The notes beneath the pieces were generated by a model, which was not told the origin of the DNA, searched no databases, and saw only the letters and a program-made list of their open reading frames with translations. A stretch of 63,445 nucleotides of DNA, counting the filler. It is 8 parts of 8 records of this genome, joined end to end, with 100 filler letters (N's around TTAATTAATTAA, not from the genome) between each part and the next. Parts side by side here need not be neighbours in the genome. Positions count along the whole stretch, not along the records: positions 57,237 to 63,445 come from SRR31147125_10445; 7 more parts are not named here. One strand, 5' to 3'. Below are positions 61,959-63,445 of this stretch, piece after piece. The position numbers were made by a program, and so were the translations under genes. Positions within the stretch are counted from its first letter, which is position 1. The number at the start of each line of letters is the position of its first letter.

Positions 61959-62041
61959 TTCGACAACTTTCTTAAGTTGTCAACTTCTAATAAACAACTT
62001 ATTATGGTACAATTAACTCAATAAGTACAAGGAGAGAAAAC

Positions 62042-62521
62042 ATGGCTAAAATAAAAAAGACAAACGCAATGAGAATATTAGACAGGGAAAAAATAGAGTA
62101 TGAAATACTAACATATGAAATAAAAGACGGGGAAACTGACGGGATATCAGTAGCTCTAAAAACAAATCAAAGTGTCGATACAGTATTTAAAACACTAGTT
62201 ACACAAGGAACTAGCAAAAACTATTCAGTATTTGTTATCCCTGTAAGTGATGAACTAGACCTAAAAAAAGCTGCTACAGTATCAGGTGAAAAGAAAATAG
62301 AGATGATAGCACAAAAAGACCTATTAAAGATAAGTGGTTATATCAAAGGTGGATGCTCACCAATAGGTATGAAAAAACAATTCAAAACATATATCCATTC
62401 ATCTGCTCAAAACTGGGATAAAATCATATTTAGTGGTGGAAAGATTGGAACTCAAATTAAACTTAAACCAGAAATATTATGTCAGCTTATTGATGGAAAA
62501 TTTGCTAATATAGTTAAATAA
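62042..62521 (+). CDS. ybaK: Cys-tRNA(Pro) deacylase
   Basis: KTNAMRIL, VFKTLV, LDLKKAA and GYIKGGCSPIGMKK motifs. Confidence 0.95.
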   Translation: MAKIKKTNAMRILDREKIEYEILTYEIKDGETDGISVALKTNQSVDTVFKTLVTQGTSKNYSVFVIPVSDELDLKKAATVSGEKKIEMIAQKDLLKISGYIKGGCSPIGMKKQFKTYIHSSAQNWDKIIFSGGKIGTQIKLKPEILCQLIDGKFANIVK

Positions 62522-62602
62522 TATTATTCATTATCATTTTAGCAAAAATTATATTCAAATACCTTCATAATTATAGTATTATACTAATAAGGAGGGAAGA
62601 AA

Positions 62603-63334
62603 ATGATTAAGGTGAAAAATATTATAAATACCAGAAGAATCATCTACATAAGTTTAGCTCTATTTTTATTATTTTCCACTTCCTATTCTAAAGAACTAAA
62701 AGTTGGGGCTAGCTTTGCTCCTCCTTATTATAGTGTAGAGGAAAATAAGGTTAAAGGTCTTTTAGCTGATTTAATGACAGAGCTTATTTCTGATACAGAA
62801 TATAAACTCATCTGGAAACCAGCACCAACCAAAAGACTTTACTATAATTTGATCAACGGTAACATTGATATATATCTTGGACCACTTCAGCCAGTTTTTG
62901 AGAATTTCAACGAGAGTGTAATCTATAGTAGCTTTAGTCCCATTACAATTGAACTACGAAGTTACTATTTTGGAGAACGTCCGGCAATAACTGATAAGAG
63001 TGAATTGATAGGGAAAAAAGTGCTTATTATAAGCGGTTATACTTACGGAGGATTTATTAACTATATCGTGGCTCCAGAAAACAATATCACTTACAGAGAA
63101 ATGGATTCCTTTGAACAAGCAATTCAAGTACTCAAAAGAAGAAACTTTGATTACCACTTAGACTATAAAAAAACTGGGGATATATATTTAGAGAATCATC
63201 ATGAACCTAATCTAAAGTTTTCCACGCTATCTAAAGTGGATTTATACTTTATGGTATCAAAAAAACGACCTGATGCAGGGAATATTTTAGCTGAACTTGA
63301 GAAGATTTTTCTTAGAAATAAAAACAATAAATAA
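62603..63334 (+). CDS. Family 3-like extracellular solute-binding protein
   Basis: Signal peptide; PPYY..E....GL..DL, P.KR....L..G.ID and L.GK.V....GYTY motifs. Confidence 0.75.
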   Translation: MIKVKNIINTRRIIYISLALFLLFSTSYSKELKVGASFAPPYYSVEENKVKGLLADLMTELISDTEYKLIWKPAPTKRLYYNLINGNIDIYLGPLQPVFENFNESVIYSSFSPITIELRSYYFGERPAITDKSELIGKKVLIISGYTYGGFINYIVAPENNITYREMDSFEQAIQVLKRRNFDYHLDYKKTGDIYLENHHEPNLKFSTLSKVDLYFMVSKKRPDAGNILAELEKIFLRNKNNK

Positions 63335-63340
63335 AAAATG

Positions 63341-63379
63341 AAAAACTCCGAAAGTTCAATGAACTTCCAGAGTTTTTTT
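63341..63379 (+). terminator. Intrinsic terminator
   Basis: AAAAACTC..AAGTTC-AAT-GAACTT..GAGTTTTTTT. Confidence 0.65.
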
Positions 63380-63445
63380 ATTTTAAATATGAAGTTTAGG
63401 CAAAATTTATAATAATAGACCTTTGCATAAGGTGTAGTTATGTGA

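Noticed and set aside
63-63157. Many antisense or overlapping ORFs in the track (e.g. 63-434, 15166-15756, 19630-20316, 27337-27921, 30192-30623)
   Set aside because: They are shadows of well-supported genes, with biased composition and no motifs or RBS.

Overview
The window is not one genomic locus. It is eight unrelated low-GC bacterial contigs joined by seven artificial 100-bp spacers (44 N + TTAATTAATTAA + 44 N), so no synteny should be read across the spacers. Contig A (1-5779, Clostridia-like) has a MATE C-terminus, a DDxxD isoprenoid-synthase-like protein and three lipoproteins. Contig B (5880-21245) carries a compact phage head plus contractile-tail operon next to kdgK-eda-IclR. Its repressor switch leads through one small gene and an ArpU/RinA-like late regulator straight into the packaging genes, with no integrase or replication genes on that side, which makes it a PBSX/gene-transfer-agent-like candidate. 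Contig C (21346-29355) has an Rsb partner-switching module, a PAS-GAF-GAF protein and a KamA-like N-terminus. Contig D (29456-35449) has msrA, glycerate kinase, a DMT pair with a Crp regulator, and ACT(ThrR-like)-hom-thrB. Contig E (35550-44153, Fusobacteria/Firmicutes-like) carries two Hcp/tail-tube-like paralogues, a baseplate-like protein, a J-domain protein, two FHA proteins, PP2C, a pseudo-PP2C-TPR membrane protein and a MORN/YD lipoprotein; it is a candidate atypical T6SS/injection-like system. Contig F (44254-50422) is a co-oriented run of accessory genes. Contig G (50523-57136, Acholeplasmatales-like) has an integrase, rarA, apt-relA-dtd and a His T-box with a very short Stem I. Contig H (57237-63445) has an NHLP-type ABC exporter end, a hybrid kinase/response regulator pair, a 4Fe-4S membrane protein, ybaK and a solute-binding protein. 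Seven genes are split by single-base deletions, six of them in A/T homopolymers; these are most likely sequencing errors. All family calls come from motif recognition by eye; no searches were run.
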